The notes beneath the pieces are model-generated. The model did no database searches. It was not told where the DNA came from and saw only the letters and a list, made by a program, of their open reading frames with translations. A DNA stretch of 58,425 nt, filler included, from Jimgerdemannia flammicorona (Eukaryota), in NCBI GenBank assembly GCA_003990765.1. It is 2 parts of 2 records of this genome, joined end to end, with 100 filler letters (N's around TTAATTAATTAA, not from the genome) between each part and the next. Parts side by side here need not be neighbours in the genome. Positions count along the whole stretch, not along the records: positions 1 to 29,185 come from RBNJ01000512.1; 1 more part is not named here. One strand, 5' to 3'. This document shows positions 14,901 to 27,826 of this stretch, piece by piece (position 1 is the first letter of the stretch; the number at the start of each line of letters is the position of its first letter). Both the position numbers and the translations under genes were made by a program.

Positions 14901-17790
14901 GCAGTTGATAGTGGAATGGTGGGGTAAATTCAAACATTTGACTGGTGCTTATTGGAGGGATGTTGGAGAAGTAGCTGAGAAGGAGCAGAAGGATAAGGCA
15001 AGGAGGGTTGAAAGGGGACTGAGGTGGTGATTGAAGCTAATGGAAGGGGGGAACCTGTCTGGAGAGAAGTGCTACCAGTAGGCAGTGGAGGTGGCAGAGC
15101 TACAGACTGAATTGAGGGCTGCCAAGGATAGGGCAGTAGATGGCCTACTTGTCAGACTATGGGCAAGGCAGTTGGAGGAGGGTGAGAGGCCAACTAAATA
15201 TCTGCCTGGAATCTTGAAGGCTAGAAGAGTGTGACACAGTTGGGCCTCTATACTACATGAAGATGGAATAGAGGTCACTGCAATTGCCAATATGTTGGGA
15301 GAGGTCTCAGGACAATGGCAGACTCTCTGGTAGGATGGAGGGGAGCAGGGAGAGTATGCAGTGCTGGGGGAGGAAGATGGCAATATGGTAGACACTTGGT
15401 CAGTAGCAGTGGTACCTGAGATAGCAGGGGCAGTGTTGGGTGAAGTGTCTTTGGATGAAGTCTTGGAGATATTGCAGAAGATGCAGACTGGTTCATCCCC
15501 TGGAGAGGATGGGTTGCCCTGGGAATTCTGGAAGGGGTTCAAGGCAGAGTTTGGTGGCTGGTTGGTAGAGATGACCAACTTTGTCCTGAAAGAGGGCAGC
15601 TGGATTGACAATGGTTCCTTGGGATTAGTTTTCCTCCTATATAAGGAAAAGGGTGATTGGCAGGTGTGGCGGAATTGGTGGCCTATTATGTTGCTAAATG
15701 TGGATAGAAAGCTGGTCTCGAAGATCCTGGCAGGAAGAATGCAGCAGTATATGGGCGTGCTGGTTGGTGAAGAGTAGTGGGGCTTTGTTAAAGGAAGGCA
15801 GATCAGAGATAGTACAGCTTGGGTGCAGAATGTTTTAGAAAGCTGTAGGAGCCGGCAGATGGATGGTATGATGGTTTTCCTGGACCAGGAGAAGGCATAT
15901 GACAGAGTGCAGTAGATATACTTAGAGTCTGTTCTGAGGAAGGCTGGATTTGGAGCAGCAGATACAGGGAGATTGATGGGCTTGGTATGGGGATGCAGAG
16001 TGGCAGTTATGATGAATGGATGGAGTGATCTGGAGTTTGCTTTTGGGCATGGTGTGCCACAGGGAGACCCTCTCTCCCCCCTCCTTTACATACTCTCTCT
16101 GGAGCCATTGCTGGTATGGCTGAAGGGGCAGCTTTCTGGACTGTGAATGGGTGGTATAGTATGGCAACTGGGTGCATTTGCAGATGATATGGTGGTTGGG
16201 TTGGGTAGTATGGAGAATGTGGACCTTTTGCAGGAAGGGGTCGGATAGTATGAGAGACTGGCAGGGGCAAAACTGAACTGGGGCAAGTGTGAGACAATGG
16301 AACTTGGTGCCGGTTTGGGGAAACATGGACAATTTGGACGATTGGTAGCTACTGGAAGTGCTGTTCGATATCTCGGTTTTTGGTTCTCAGTTTATGGGAC
16401 AGTCCTGCCAAAGGAGTGGTGGAGTGGCATAATTCAGAAGTTGGAAGGTGCTTTGACTGGTTGGTCTGGGAGGAGTTTCTCCTTGATAGGTAGGATTGTG
16501 GTCTTGAATATATATTGGCTACCTAAATTGTGGTATCTAGGATATCACTCGGACTTTCCAGAATGGGTAATGAAGAGGCTGAAGAAGATTGTAGAAGGCT
16601 GGTTATGGTATGGGAAACAGCCACAGATTGGGTGGGATGCACTGGTGATGTGGACAACTGATGGCAGCCTGGGGTTGGTAGACTTCAGGCAATGGCTGAA
16701 GGTGCTTAGGGGTTGGTGGGGGTGTCAATTGGTGGAGATAGAAGAAGGGGGTTGGGGCAGGTTGGCAATGAACAATTGGGAGATTTAGTTCTACCCCCAT
16801 GGTGAGGTTTGGAAGGATATGTGGGATTTGCTTCAGGTTGGAAAGTTAGTTGACTGCAGTATAAAGGATTCTGGTGGGGCATAGTGGAGACTTGGCTGGC
16901 CATAGGGTTGGCAGGGCCTGAGATGGAGGATGGTGAGGATCCTGAGCAGAGGTGGCAATTGAGGGGCCTCCATATTGGTAGACATAGTCTGAAGGAGTAC
17001 TCATTGGTTGAGGCAATGGAGTGGATCAGGTCTGGCCCTCTGGAGAGGTGGCTGGTAGGTTAGCAGAAGGCTGGATTGGGTGAAGGCTGGGAGTGGGGCC
17101 GAATCTGGAGTTGGGAAGATACCTTGCTCAAGATGGTACCCCCCAAGTACTGGGTTGTTTGGTAGCACTTCCTGAGGAGGAATGTGATGCTGGGGTATTG
17201 GACAGGATGGATGGAGATAGATGGCTGTTGGAACTGTGAGTAGTGCAGTGAGGTAGATGGCAGGGTGGTTCAATCACCAGAGTATGTTTTGGCAGCCTGC
17301 CCTGGTGTAGAAGAGTTTTGGCAATGCTTGGAAGATTACTGGCACTTAGCTGGCAGAAGAACTGGAGATTCTGTCAGTCTGGTGGTCAAGTGCCAGCTGG
17401 TGGGGGAAATAGGAGATATCTGGAGGGGACTAGATCGGGTCCTAGGGGTCTGAGTCCTGATGGCAGTGTACTGGAGATGGGTATTTGAGTAGGATCCATA
17501 GTTAGGGATTGGTGAGCTAGTGGAGCAGTGGAAGGGGCTTCTTCGAGAGGTGGTACAAGGGTGGTGGTATCAGGGGAGGCGGCTTTAGCCAGGGGCCTTG
17601 CAGAAAGTACAGGACATTATTCAGCAAAGCCGAGGGCATCTGGTGTTGGAGGAGCATAGTATCAGATGGAAGGAAGGGGTTGGGTAACTGATTCTACCTA
17701 AATATGATATATTACATATTACTGTAGCAGGTGGGGTTAATTTCATGATAATAGTGTTTTAGATAGTCCAAATAAAGAAGTCCAAGTGAC

Positions 17791-17835
<45 letters not shown>
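11991..17835 (+). mobile_element. Full-length L1-clade LINE (copy 2, divergent family)
   Basis: ORF1 about 12177-14043. ORF2 from about 14052 (VFLQD, GGDFN, WSDH, PGEDG, QGDPLS, FADD), followed by a long polyA. 17-bp TSD AAATCAAGGTCAAGATT (11974-11990) / AAATCAAGGTTAAGATT (17836-17852). Confidence 0.92.
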
Positions 17836-17841
<6 letters not shown>

Positions 17842-17852
17842 AGGTTAAGATT

Positions 17853-18255
17853 CAGAGGATCTACCCTGATGTAGTTCTACCACAATACAAGTCAGAGAAT
17901 GCAGTCAGAATGAATATTGCCACAGTTGAAGAAACTATATTAGAGCTCTAGACAACTACCCTACTTGCAACTAGTCTGGAGATGACCATTCCAAAGGACT
18001 ATATCAGAATCCTCAAGACAAGAAGCAGCCTCACTAGGAGTGAAATCACAATTGAAAGAGGAGTCATCAATTCAGATTACATTAGAGAAATAGTACTTAT
18101 TGCTAAGAACTATAATCCTATGATTCTATTTCTAATTAAGAAGAAGGACTGACTGGCACAGATGTTGATCTTCCCAGTTCTTCAGCCAAGGATCATGGAA
18201 GTCAAGAAGTTGAAGGAAATAGAAAGAGAAAAGAAAGGATTCAGATCCACAGAAA
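17853..18255 (+). pseudogene. dUTPase domain of gypsy B pol
   Basis: Decayed motifs II (TRSSL), III (GVINSDY), IV (D-LAQ) and V (REKKGFRST), placed between protease and RT. Confidence 0.8.
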
Positions 18256-20896
18256 GAGGAGTATTCACCCACACCAAGATTACTAAACTGGATTACAAGA
18301 AGGAGGAAACTATGAATAATTATAGCTACACTATTGGAAATGAATTCCTACTCAAGAAGGAACTTAAGAAGATACTCTATGAATTTGAGGATGTCCTAGC
18401 TACTGATTTCAAGAATATCAAAGGAAAGACCCCACACTACTATCATAATGTAGATACAGAAGATACTGAATTAATCTACCAAAAAGCAAGGTCAATACTA
18501 CCAGTCTACTGTAAATGGCTCAGAGAAGAAATCAAGCAGATGGAAGAAGCTGGTATTATTAAAAAAGCCAGCAGCCTCTGGGCTTTACCAGTTATACTAG
18601 CTCCAAAAAAAGGAAGTAAGCCAGGAGAATTTTCCCCAAGACTCTGCACAGATTACACAAAGCTCCACTTGATTACTAAGAAGGATTGCCAACCATTAAC
18701 CCTTATCAGTGACATCCTTGTAACTTTGGAAGATGAAGCACAGTACTACAGCACCTTGGACTTATACTCAGGATTCTACCAAATTAGCCTCACTGAAGCA
18801 GCAAGCAAAATGTCAGTCTTTATCACCTCAGATGAAATCTACCTCTATCTGCAAATATATTCAAAATATGCAATACCCCTGCAAGCTTCCAGCAAATGAT
18901 GAACAAAATCTTCTGCTATGATATGGAAATATAGATGATAGTTTATATAAATGATGTTATCATCTACAGCAAGATAGCCAAAGAACATCTACAGTATATC
19001 CAGCAGATGATAGAGAAGCTGAGATAGTATGGTCTTTACATCAAGTCCAAGAAGTATAAGTTTGCAGAAATCAAGATCATCTATCTTGGCCATATCATCA
19101 ATCAAAATGGAATACACATAGACCCTCTCAAGATTCAAGCAGTAGCAGCATACCTAAGGCCCACCACAGTTACTAAAGTCCAAGCCTTCATGGGGCTTAC
19201 CTCCTACTACCAAAGATTTGTCAGAGGATTCTCCAACATTGCAGGCCCCATCTACAAACTCAAACAAGAAGAATACTAAGTTCCAATAGACTGGTAGGTA
19301 ACAAAAAGCATTTGATAAGCTTAAGGTCAGACTGACCCAGGCTCCCATTCTCAGAAGACCCAATTGGACTCAAGAATTTATCATACAGACAGATGCAAGC
19401 ACCCAAGGACTAGGAGCAGTCCTAGCTCAAAAAGAAAGACAAAGTGGAATATGTCATTGTATACCCGAGCTGAGAAATCAGAGAAGCTGAAAAAGAATAT
19501 AAATCCTATAAGTTGGAATGTCTTGCAGTCATCTAGACTATAGAGAAGTTCTACTACTATCTTGCTGAAAGACACTTCACCATTCAGACAGACCACTCAG
19601 CCCTCACCTAGCTACTGATCACTGAGCAACCTAAAGAAATCTATGCCTGATGGATCATGAAGTTGCAAGCATAGATATAACCATCATGTATTACTCAGGA
19701 AGAACTAATGTCAATGTAGAAACCCTCTCATAGACACCCCAAAGGACTCCCAACTAGCAAATCAATCATGAATAAGAAGATCTACTATAAATCATCACCT
19801 ACCTGAGATAGTGAAAGATGCTCTAATATCTGGAAGAATAGATATAAATTATTATCAACAGAACATGGAAACAATTCAAACTAATAGAGAAATACTGAAG
19901 AAAGGAAAACTACTAGTTATACCTAAATATAAGAAGGAGCAAGCAATGAAATCAGTATATGAACTTAGTTATCTAGGAGGAACAAATATATATAATAAAG
20001 CAAGAAGAACAATGTGGTGGCCAGGAATAGAGGAAGATATCAAACAATTCATCAAAACCTGTAACAAATGCCAAAAACAGAAACAAGACCAATGAAATCA
20101 GACACTATAATCAGCACACATAGAACCAGTACCCTTTGCATACATTACAATAGATATAATTGGCCCTCTATCCTTGACTTTGATTGGCAACTGATATATA
20201 ATAGTCATTGTAGACCTTTTTATGAAATAGATAGAGACAGGACCCCTCAAGGAAGCCAATGTTCAGTCAATTGCTGATTTCTTCTACAAAGAAATTATCT
20301 GTCAATTCAAGAGTCCAGGACATAGAACCATAGACAGAAGAATAGAATTTGTGAACCAGTTCTTTGAGGTTCTCTACAAGAAGTACAAGATTCAGCACAT
20401 TCTGACCATAGTCTATTACCAACAAGGAAATGGACAAGCAGAAAGGACTAACAATACCCTTAAGAATATTATTGTCAAGATATAGGATAACTACAAAAAC
20501 TCTGCCAATAGCATTGTCTGCTCTCCAGGATATTTGATCACAAAGTACCCACTTTACCCCTTGAGAAATATTATTTGGAGAAGAAAACCCCTATTATTCA
20601 ATAGAGATGCTGTATGGAAATGCATAGATACAGAGATATGAAGACTACATCAAATCAGAAAGAAGGCCAAGGATTATATAACTAAGGTACAGATACTATA
20701 ATAGAATAATGTGAAAAAGATTTACAAGCCCCTAGAGATTATCAAGATAGGAGACAAAGTCCTAGTATATTGGAATATAGTAGAAGCTTCATGATTATGA
20801 AAACTGGAGCCAAAATGGGAAAGACCTTACCTGGTGCAAGATATAAAAGGAACTACCTTTTGGCTATGAAAACTCTCAGATACAATCATCCCTACT

Positions 20897-21181
20897 TTTT
20901 TTTTTTTTAAGACGCTTGGACACCCTTCCTTTGTTAATACCCATCTATCCCATATAATTACAATGATCCCACCCCCTATCCAATCCCCCTAGGGGGGCCC
21001 CCCCTCCCTACCTCTTCTCTGTGAAAGACCACTTTGTCGAATACTATCCCCACCCTCCCACCACTCTGCTCACATATTCATATCACCAAACCACGACAAC
21101 GTCCCCCCTGAGGACCCCAACCCACCCACCATCCAGTCAGCAGATCTTCTACCAGCTCCTCCCACCTCAACACCTTCTCTC
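20897..21181 (-). mobile_element. 5'-truncated LINE 3' end inserted in the gypsy B integrase
   Basis: PolyT at 20896-20908. The translation RWEELVEDLLTGWW matches the LINE ORF2 C-terminus. 16-bp TSD TACAATCATCCCTACT / TATAATCATCCCTACT. Confidence 0.85.
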
Positions 21182-21691
21182 TATAATCATCCCTACTACC
21201 ATTTACTAAAACTGACTCAAGAAGTATTATGGCTAACCAACAGAGTACTGCAACAGCCCTCAAGATCATCAGTACTATACAATGAGTTATAGAAAGACAA
21301 TGGTGTACTACCAAGCCACTGATTATAGAAAAATCCTTTGACAGTATACAAAATATAGTTCAGACACAGTTATCATAAATCTCACACTTCAAGGTCTAAC
21401 AGAACTGAACTGAGTTTCAAGAATACTTTAGTTGGAACAGCTACTGAACTTACAGCCAGATATAAGAAAAGAAGACTGGATTTGAGAGTGCCATCTCTCT
21501 CATACTCGCTAAATAAGTCAATAAGATATTCAAGAATGATGAGCCAGCTCTAGCCCATCTTTGTGAAGTAGTCCTAGGAGACTTTGAATATATCTAAAGA
21601 CAGTACTAGGAGTATATAATAGTACAAATCATAGAAGCTTGGGAGTTTGAATAGAATATTTCAGAGATGAATCACCTATTTAGAAGGAAGT

Positions 21692-22190
21692 TGTGATGGT
21701 TGATCTGAATTAGGAATATAAATCAGAGGAATTAGACATTTGATTATAGTATCTAAACCCAATTCCCAATATAGTATAGTCTTACAAATAGCAGTCATTG
21801 TTATTTCACAACTATTAAAGTTTTTACAAATGTTAAACTCTTCTCAGATATTGAAGATTTTGCAAATATTGAAGATTTTACAGATGTTGAAGATTTTGCA
21901 GATATTGAAGATTCAATACTTACAAAAAGTGACTCATAGGAAACATAGTCATAACTTAGCCACTATAGCAAGCAAACTTATATCAATAACCCAGTATCTT
22001 AGATTGAATAAACCTTAGATCAAAATTGTTCAAAGCAAAGAGAAAGCAAAGAAACTAGTAAGCCTGCAGGCAGATATACTTTGAACTCACTCCCCTGTAC
22101 TCTGAGGACTCTCTGAGAGTCAGAACAAGTCAAGTTTTCAAGATATAAAAATGTGCTGTACTTCTGAGATTAGGCATCCACTATGTTATA
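21692..22190 (+). repeat. 3' LTR of gypsy B
   Basis: Begins TGTGATGG after the PPT, ends GTTATA (decayed CA) and is followed by ATAT. Confidence 0.9.
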
Positions 22191-23402
22191 ATATAAATAA
22201 TATTTATATATATCTACTAATAAAAATATAGCTGGTGAGAGTACCAATACTTCTAATAATAATGATATTTGACTTATAGATTCAGATATTATATAATATA
22301 TAATAGTTTATCAAAAATAATTCTCAATATATAAACCATTCAAATATTATACTTTAAGTTAGATAACAACAATATTATATATATTTAAAGGAGAGGAAAT
22401 ATTGGTATATATCTTCATAGAAGTGTTTTAGAGTCTGCTGGTACTTTCTAAGATATACTATATGCTTTAAAGATAGAAAATAATCTTTTTTCAATTAGAA
22501 AAATGATGGCTCATAGTGGTAAAGTAATATAATACACCTAATGAGAGCAATAGAATATAGTTAAAGAACAATAAGAAGATTATAATAGTGTTAAAATGAG
22601 GCAATCTTTATATAATCAATAGTATATTAAGTGATATAAAGACCTCTATATATGAGATAACTATATCTGATATATCTAATATATAACATCAATACTTAAA
22701 ATATTTAGAAAAATTGAACTTAGAAAGAATAATCAGAAATAGATCTGTATGAGAATTATTAGCAATACTCTCTAATAATAACTTCTGTAAGAATTATATA
22801 ATAAATAAAGTATCCTGATATTTATTTGAGAAGTAGATGAAATATATATCTAGTATACTTAATTTAATCTATATAGATATATATGGCCTGATGCATACTA
22901 CTTTCTATAGAGAGAAGAGATATTTCACCATATTTATTGATAACTCTATATATAAGATATATATATATATCTTATTAATAAAGCATGAAGTCTTAGATAA
23001 ATTCAAAGAATTTAAAGTAATTGCAAATAACGAAATAGATGTAAAATCTATGTTATATATTCAGATAATAGATGCAAATATATCAATAGTACATTCAAGA
23101 AGTATCTGAGGAAATATAAATATGTTATTAGACAATAGCACTATATATATTATAGCAGAATGATATGGCTAAGCAATTTACTATACAGTTATAAAAATGG
23201 TGAGAATGATAATTAATATAACTAGAATATCATATTTTTATTAGGCTATAGCTATTAATATAATAGAATATATATATAACTAATTTATATTTTAAGCATT
23301 AAGTAAGGAATCTGATAATAATAATAAGTATTTCAGAGATGATAATCTTATTTCTGAAGAATTATGAAGCAAAATAAAGTCAGATATATTATATTGATAT
23401 AT

Positions 23403-24890
23403 TGTCATGTAGTGGTCACTAAGTCCTTCAAATATGTCAGATTCTCTCCAAGGTATATCTCTTAGACTAACCTCAAGTTTGTTATAAGTAAGTTCTTATT
23501 AGAGTGCCTTCCCAAGGTCTTATAGTCCTCAAACTTCTTATCTTTAAACTGTCTTGTTATCTCTTAGATTGCTAAGTTATAAAGCTAAATATAAATTTCA
23601 ATAACCAAATAAAATACTGGAATACAGAAAACTATAGTTATCTGTATAAGTGGTTGCATAAGTTTAGGATATCAGTAGAATTTTGGTGGTATAGAAAAAG
23701 AATATCAGAAGAATTATGAGTTATATAAGATCAGAATGCCAGAAGAATTACAGTTATACAGAAAAAGGATGCTGGTAGAATCTGGTGTTACCAAGAACTT
23801 AGAGTAGAAATTTCAGGACCATGGGGGCTTTATCTTCATCACTATTAAGGCCAGAGGTTAGAGATAGAATGTCTTCAAAGAAGATGAGGTCTGTGAACAT
23901 TTCATCTATTTTGTATACTTCATGCATCTTACATATGTTGTGCAGGATGACATCATCACCAATGAGATCATCATGTTCAGTGGTAGAGAGAACAAGAAGG
24001 TCTGGGACTCTTCATCATAACATTCTCTTCAACAAAATAAGGAACAAATGTATAGCCTTGGAGAGGTTTAACCCAGATACTGGGGCCTTGGAATACTGAG
24101 ATCAATTGTTGCAAAAATTGATCTGGGTTGTCCTGGATAGTATACCAGAAGTCTTCTACTTCATTACTATTGAGAGTAATAGTAGACTGAGCTTCTGTAG
24201 CCACTATGACCTCTAGTACATTGGTGTGGCAAGCTGACAGTTTCTTAAAGTCTGAGATCCTAGTATACTCCAATTTGGGGATCAACTATGGTGTATGCCA
24301 GAAGACCTGATGAATCTTCTTTGCTATCCTTATTTCATATCTATCCATGGGAGTAGTATCTTGAATCTCCCAGGGGCTGGCCTGAGGGAAATTCCAGCAG
24401 AGAAGATTTTCTATTTTATACTTCTGCCATATTCAGAGGCATTTGGTAGCAATGGTGATCCTTGTTTCCATTTCATGGCAGTAGAGGATATAATTATAAT
24501 GGTCACTAGTACTCAGGTTGATGCTAGGTGTCCTTCTTATATGGGTTTTCATAGCTCTTCTAATGTCTTGGAATATCCAATCCTGAACTGAGGGGCCTTG
24601 GTAGTTCCTGGACCTTGAGGTTTGGCAAGCAGCAGGTATTTTATTTGTAGTAAGATTTTAGAACTATTTCTGTAAGCTTTGTTTGAATTGCTGCTACTGC
24701 AATTTCTTGATTCTTCTTTTATATTCCTTGAGATGCCTGTCTTGTAGTTGCAATAACTCATGGTTGGTCATCATTGCTCATCTTATAGCCCAGATGAGTC
24801 ATGCTGTATGATCTTCTCATACTCCAATCTGGTAGTATAAGGAAAGGCTGTCTCTTATGCTGATATCATTATTCTGAGGTCACTATTACA
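23403..24890 (-). mobile_element. Solo LTR of gypsy family A carrying the LTR ORF (about 23799-24639)
   Basis: TG...CA termini, ATAT on both sides and no internal domains. Contains IPKLEY...LISVFQGPSIW. Confidence 0.9.
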
Positions 24891-25786
24891 ATATATATAT
24901 TCATATATAATGTATATATTCTTAATAAGAGTAATACTAATTGGTACAAGTTCAAGCTAAAAGCCAGCAAGAACATATTTCTTGACTCTAGGATTATACA
25001 AATATTATATATAATATATAGTTCAACAAAAAAGAAAATTAGAAACTCTGTGTAAATATATCTATTGGAATCTCTACAATAATATCTCAGTCAGTATAAA
25101 TATAGCAATCAGTACCAGCCTCTCCAAATAAAGAAAAAATATTTTTCAAATATAGCCAGTTGAAAATTTTCTGCTATAGACTAGAGTTATCTGAGCAAAA
25201 AATAATAGAAATTAAGAATGATAAGATCTCTGATAATAATAAAAGGTCCTCTACAAAGAGTAAGCAAAGATACTCTAATGTTTACTGAGAAACTTATTTC
25301 AATTTAGAGAGTTATTGGAATATTCTAAAGTTATCTCAATATAAAGATCATATGAGCTATGTTAAGATATATGAATATATATTTATTATAACTTCTAATA
25401 AGCCAAATATATAATAAGTAATAATTTTTCCTAATAATATGAAATAAAAGTAAGTTATAGATAAAGAGTATAATTCACTTATTGAGAATAGTATATAAGA
25501 TCTGGTACCTCTTCTGAGCAATTAACAAGCTATAGAATGATATTAGGTCTACAAGATTAAGTACAAGAATAATAAAAGTATAGAGTAATATAAAGTATGT
25601 TTTATTGCTAAGAGTTATTTGTGAGATTATAATATTGACTATAGTGAAATATTTTTTCTAGTATTCAAGCTTACATTACTGAGAATACTTCTTAGAATTA
25701 TTACTATATATAATTTGAATATTTATCAGATAGATATAAAGATGACTTTTCTCAATAGTAATATAGTGTGACATACACAATTGACA

Positions 25787-26959
25787 ATGGAGTACCAGTG
25801 ACTGCTAAGATCAGACGACATAATGGCGTAACAATCAAATAGACAGCCTGACCCATTAAGTGATCATCCCAAATGAAGACAAGATGATCCAAGCCAAAAT
25901 GAAGACCACATTATTTAAGGAACCATACTCCACCTCAAGGATTGGCACTAAAGAACCAAGTACCCACCACACAATATCTCCCATTCGCTGAACCAACCAG
26001 ACCTCCCGCTGCTCTACCCCTTTGCCTGGCCCAATGACCCTGATCTTTGAAGCATTAAGAAGGCCATCTGGCACCCAGATACTTCCGAACACTTGAACTT
26101 CTACACTGAGGACCTTGGACACTTCATCAACTACTGGTATATAATGACCCAATAGCTCAAAGATACTACCGAACGAATGACCCTCTGGCATGACTATGAA
26201 ATTGGACACTGCCTTCGCAATGAGACTCAAGAAGGCGACCAGGAAGACCTCATTGCCGAAATGTTAACCACCAGCTGGCTAATCAAGAGAGCCCTCCATG
26301 TCCATCAAATCTTCTGCCATATTCCTTGGGCTATAGCACACTTGCAAGGAGTAACAGCTGGCAGTCTCTCTCACCTTTCAACTGAAGATGCTGACTGGAT
26401 AGAATCTGAAGTAGCCAATGCTATTGGCAGCAACTACATCGCTATAAGAAGCCAACAAACTGAATCTACTCAGCCAGGTTTCCACACCACCCCACTCCGA
26501 GACAACCATCAAGATCACCTAATGAGTCTTATGGAGATATTTGAAGGACCGCCCATCACTATAGAGACACCCATTGGAGCTACCCCAACCACCCACCACC
26601 CTGTCAGCCACAATTCACACCTCATCATTTGGGAACCGAATTAAGAAGAAGCCCAAGAAGTTCCTGTCTTTGAAGAGGAGGCCCAAGAACTCCAAGACCC
26701 TGCCCCTGAAGAAACCCCCTCTGACACTGAAACTGATGAGCCTTCAGAAGAAGAAGAGGAGTAACAGAGAGTCTACCAGTCCTCTGTCCGCATTCAAGCT
26801 GTTCAAGGGTTGGAGAATGTTGTTGAAGATGACTGGCCACTTTTCTACCCCCTCACCTCTTGGCCAGTGCTTCCCCCCTTTGAGGAGAGATATGATGAAG
26901 AAGAAATCACAACCCAGCAAGATTTGCCCACCATGGATGAAGGGTACTATTTCCTCTAG
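25787..26959 (+). pseudogene. LTR-encoded protein, family C homolog (up to about 390 codons, several internal stops)
   Basis: ATGs at 25787, 25823 and 26177 and the TAG at 26957 share one frame. The core aligns to the family-A LTR protein and the tail is acidic. Confidence 0.7.
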
Positions 26960-27310
26960 AGTACCGCCCATCAGCCATAAGAACCCAGCTTTTGTCAGCA
27001 AGTCCGTTTCCAGTGTTGCTACCCAGTACCACCATTTTCAGCATTTTGTCAGCAGGTCCAAATCCAGTGTTGCCACCCTCCACAACCACTTCTGGCAACA
27101 ATCATCGTATCATGTCAGCCCATCCGAATCCAGCATTGCTATCCTCTATAACCCAATCTGTAGTAAACAATAGCCTGCACCTCGCATCATACAAGCCAAT
27201 AGCATAGCGAAGTTCGCCACAACATAGTATACCTTAGCCTTAGTCGCGCCCCCTCCCCCATAGCTAGCAAACTTGTATAAATAACCCATATTCTTAGAGT
27301 GAATAAACCT

Positions 27311-27826
27311 CAGTCAGCTTGTGTTTAAAAAGTAAAAAGGATTACAAAGAAACCACTGCCTCCAAGAGACCGGAAAATTCTGAGAACAAGATAACAACCT
27401 AGAGTAATGGATCGCTCGGAAGTTTGAGTTAAGGAATTTCTCTTGCCGCCTGAATTTCAAGTTTTGCCGCCACGAAAAGGATTCAAGACCACGGACCACC
27501 CACAATTCAGTCAGTTCTAGTTTACAAAGAAACCACTGCCTCCAAGAGACCCGAAAATTCTGAGAACAAGATAACAACCTAGAGCAACAGATCGCTCGGA
27601 AGTTTGAGTTAAGGAATTTCTCTTGTCGCCTGAATTTCAAGTTTTGCTGCCACGAAAAGGATTCAAGACCACGGACCACCCGCAATTCAGTCAGCTTGTG
27701 TTTAAAAGTAAAAAGGATTACAAAGAAACCACTGCCTCCAAGAGACCAGATAAATTCTGAGAACAAGATAACAACCTAGAGCAACAGATCACTCGGAAGT
27801 TTGAGTTAAAGAATTTTCTCTTGCCA
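27311..27826 (+). repeat. About 180-196-bp tandem repeat (about 2.7 copies) in LTR C
   Basis: TTACAAAGAAACCACTGCCTCCAAGAGACC recurs at 27342, 27522 and 27718. Confidence 0.9.

Larger units (their letters stand above)
3477..22190 (+). mobile_element. Full-length Ty3/gypsy element B (dUTPase-bearing) interrupted by three LINEs
   Basis: Paired LTRs, PBS TGGTGCCCATTGGCTGG at 3962, gag with decayed CCHC knuckle (about 4830), protease IIDTGA (about 11315), dUTPase, RT (LCTDY..LDLYSGFYQI), RNase H (QTDAS), integrase (WWPG..CNKC), PPT AGAAGGAAG at 21682 and an ATAT TSD. Confidence 0.92.
3295..25766 (+). mobile_element. Degenerate Ty1/copia split by later insertions (pieces 3295-3476, 22191-23402, 24891-25766)
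   Basis: Sequence reads through across the gypsy-B and solo-LTR insertions. Integrase core LIYIDIYG...YFTIFIDN (22837-23109) precedes an RT start (decayed W-x-YKIK...YK motif, about 25500-25766), which is the copia domain order. Confidence 0.7.

Noticed and set aside
5300..17500. Many Pro/Ser/Thr-rich minus-strand ORFs
   Set aside because: Antisense shadows of G-rich LINE coding sequence with no recognisable motifs.
27311..27826. Regularly spaced repeats as a CRISPR-like array
   Set aside because: Whole units are near-identical with no unique spacers, the context is a eukaryotic LTR, and no cas genes are present.
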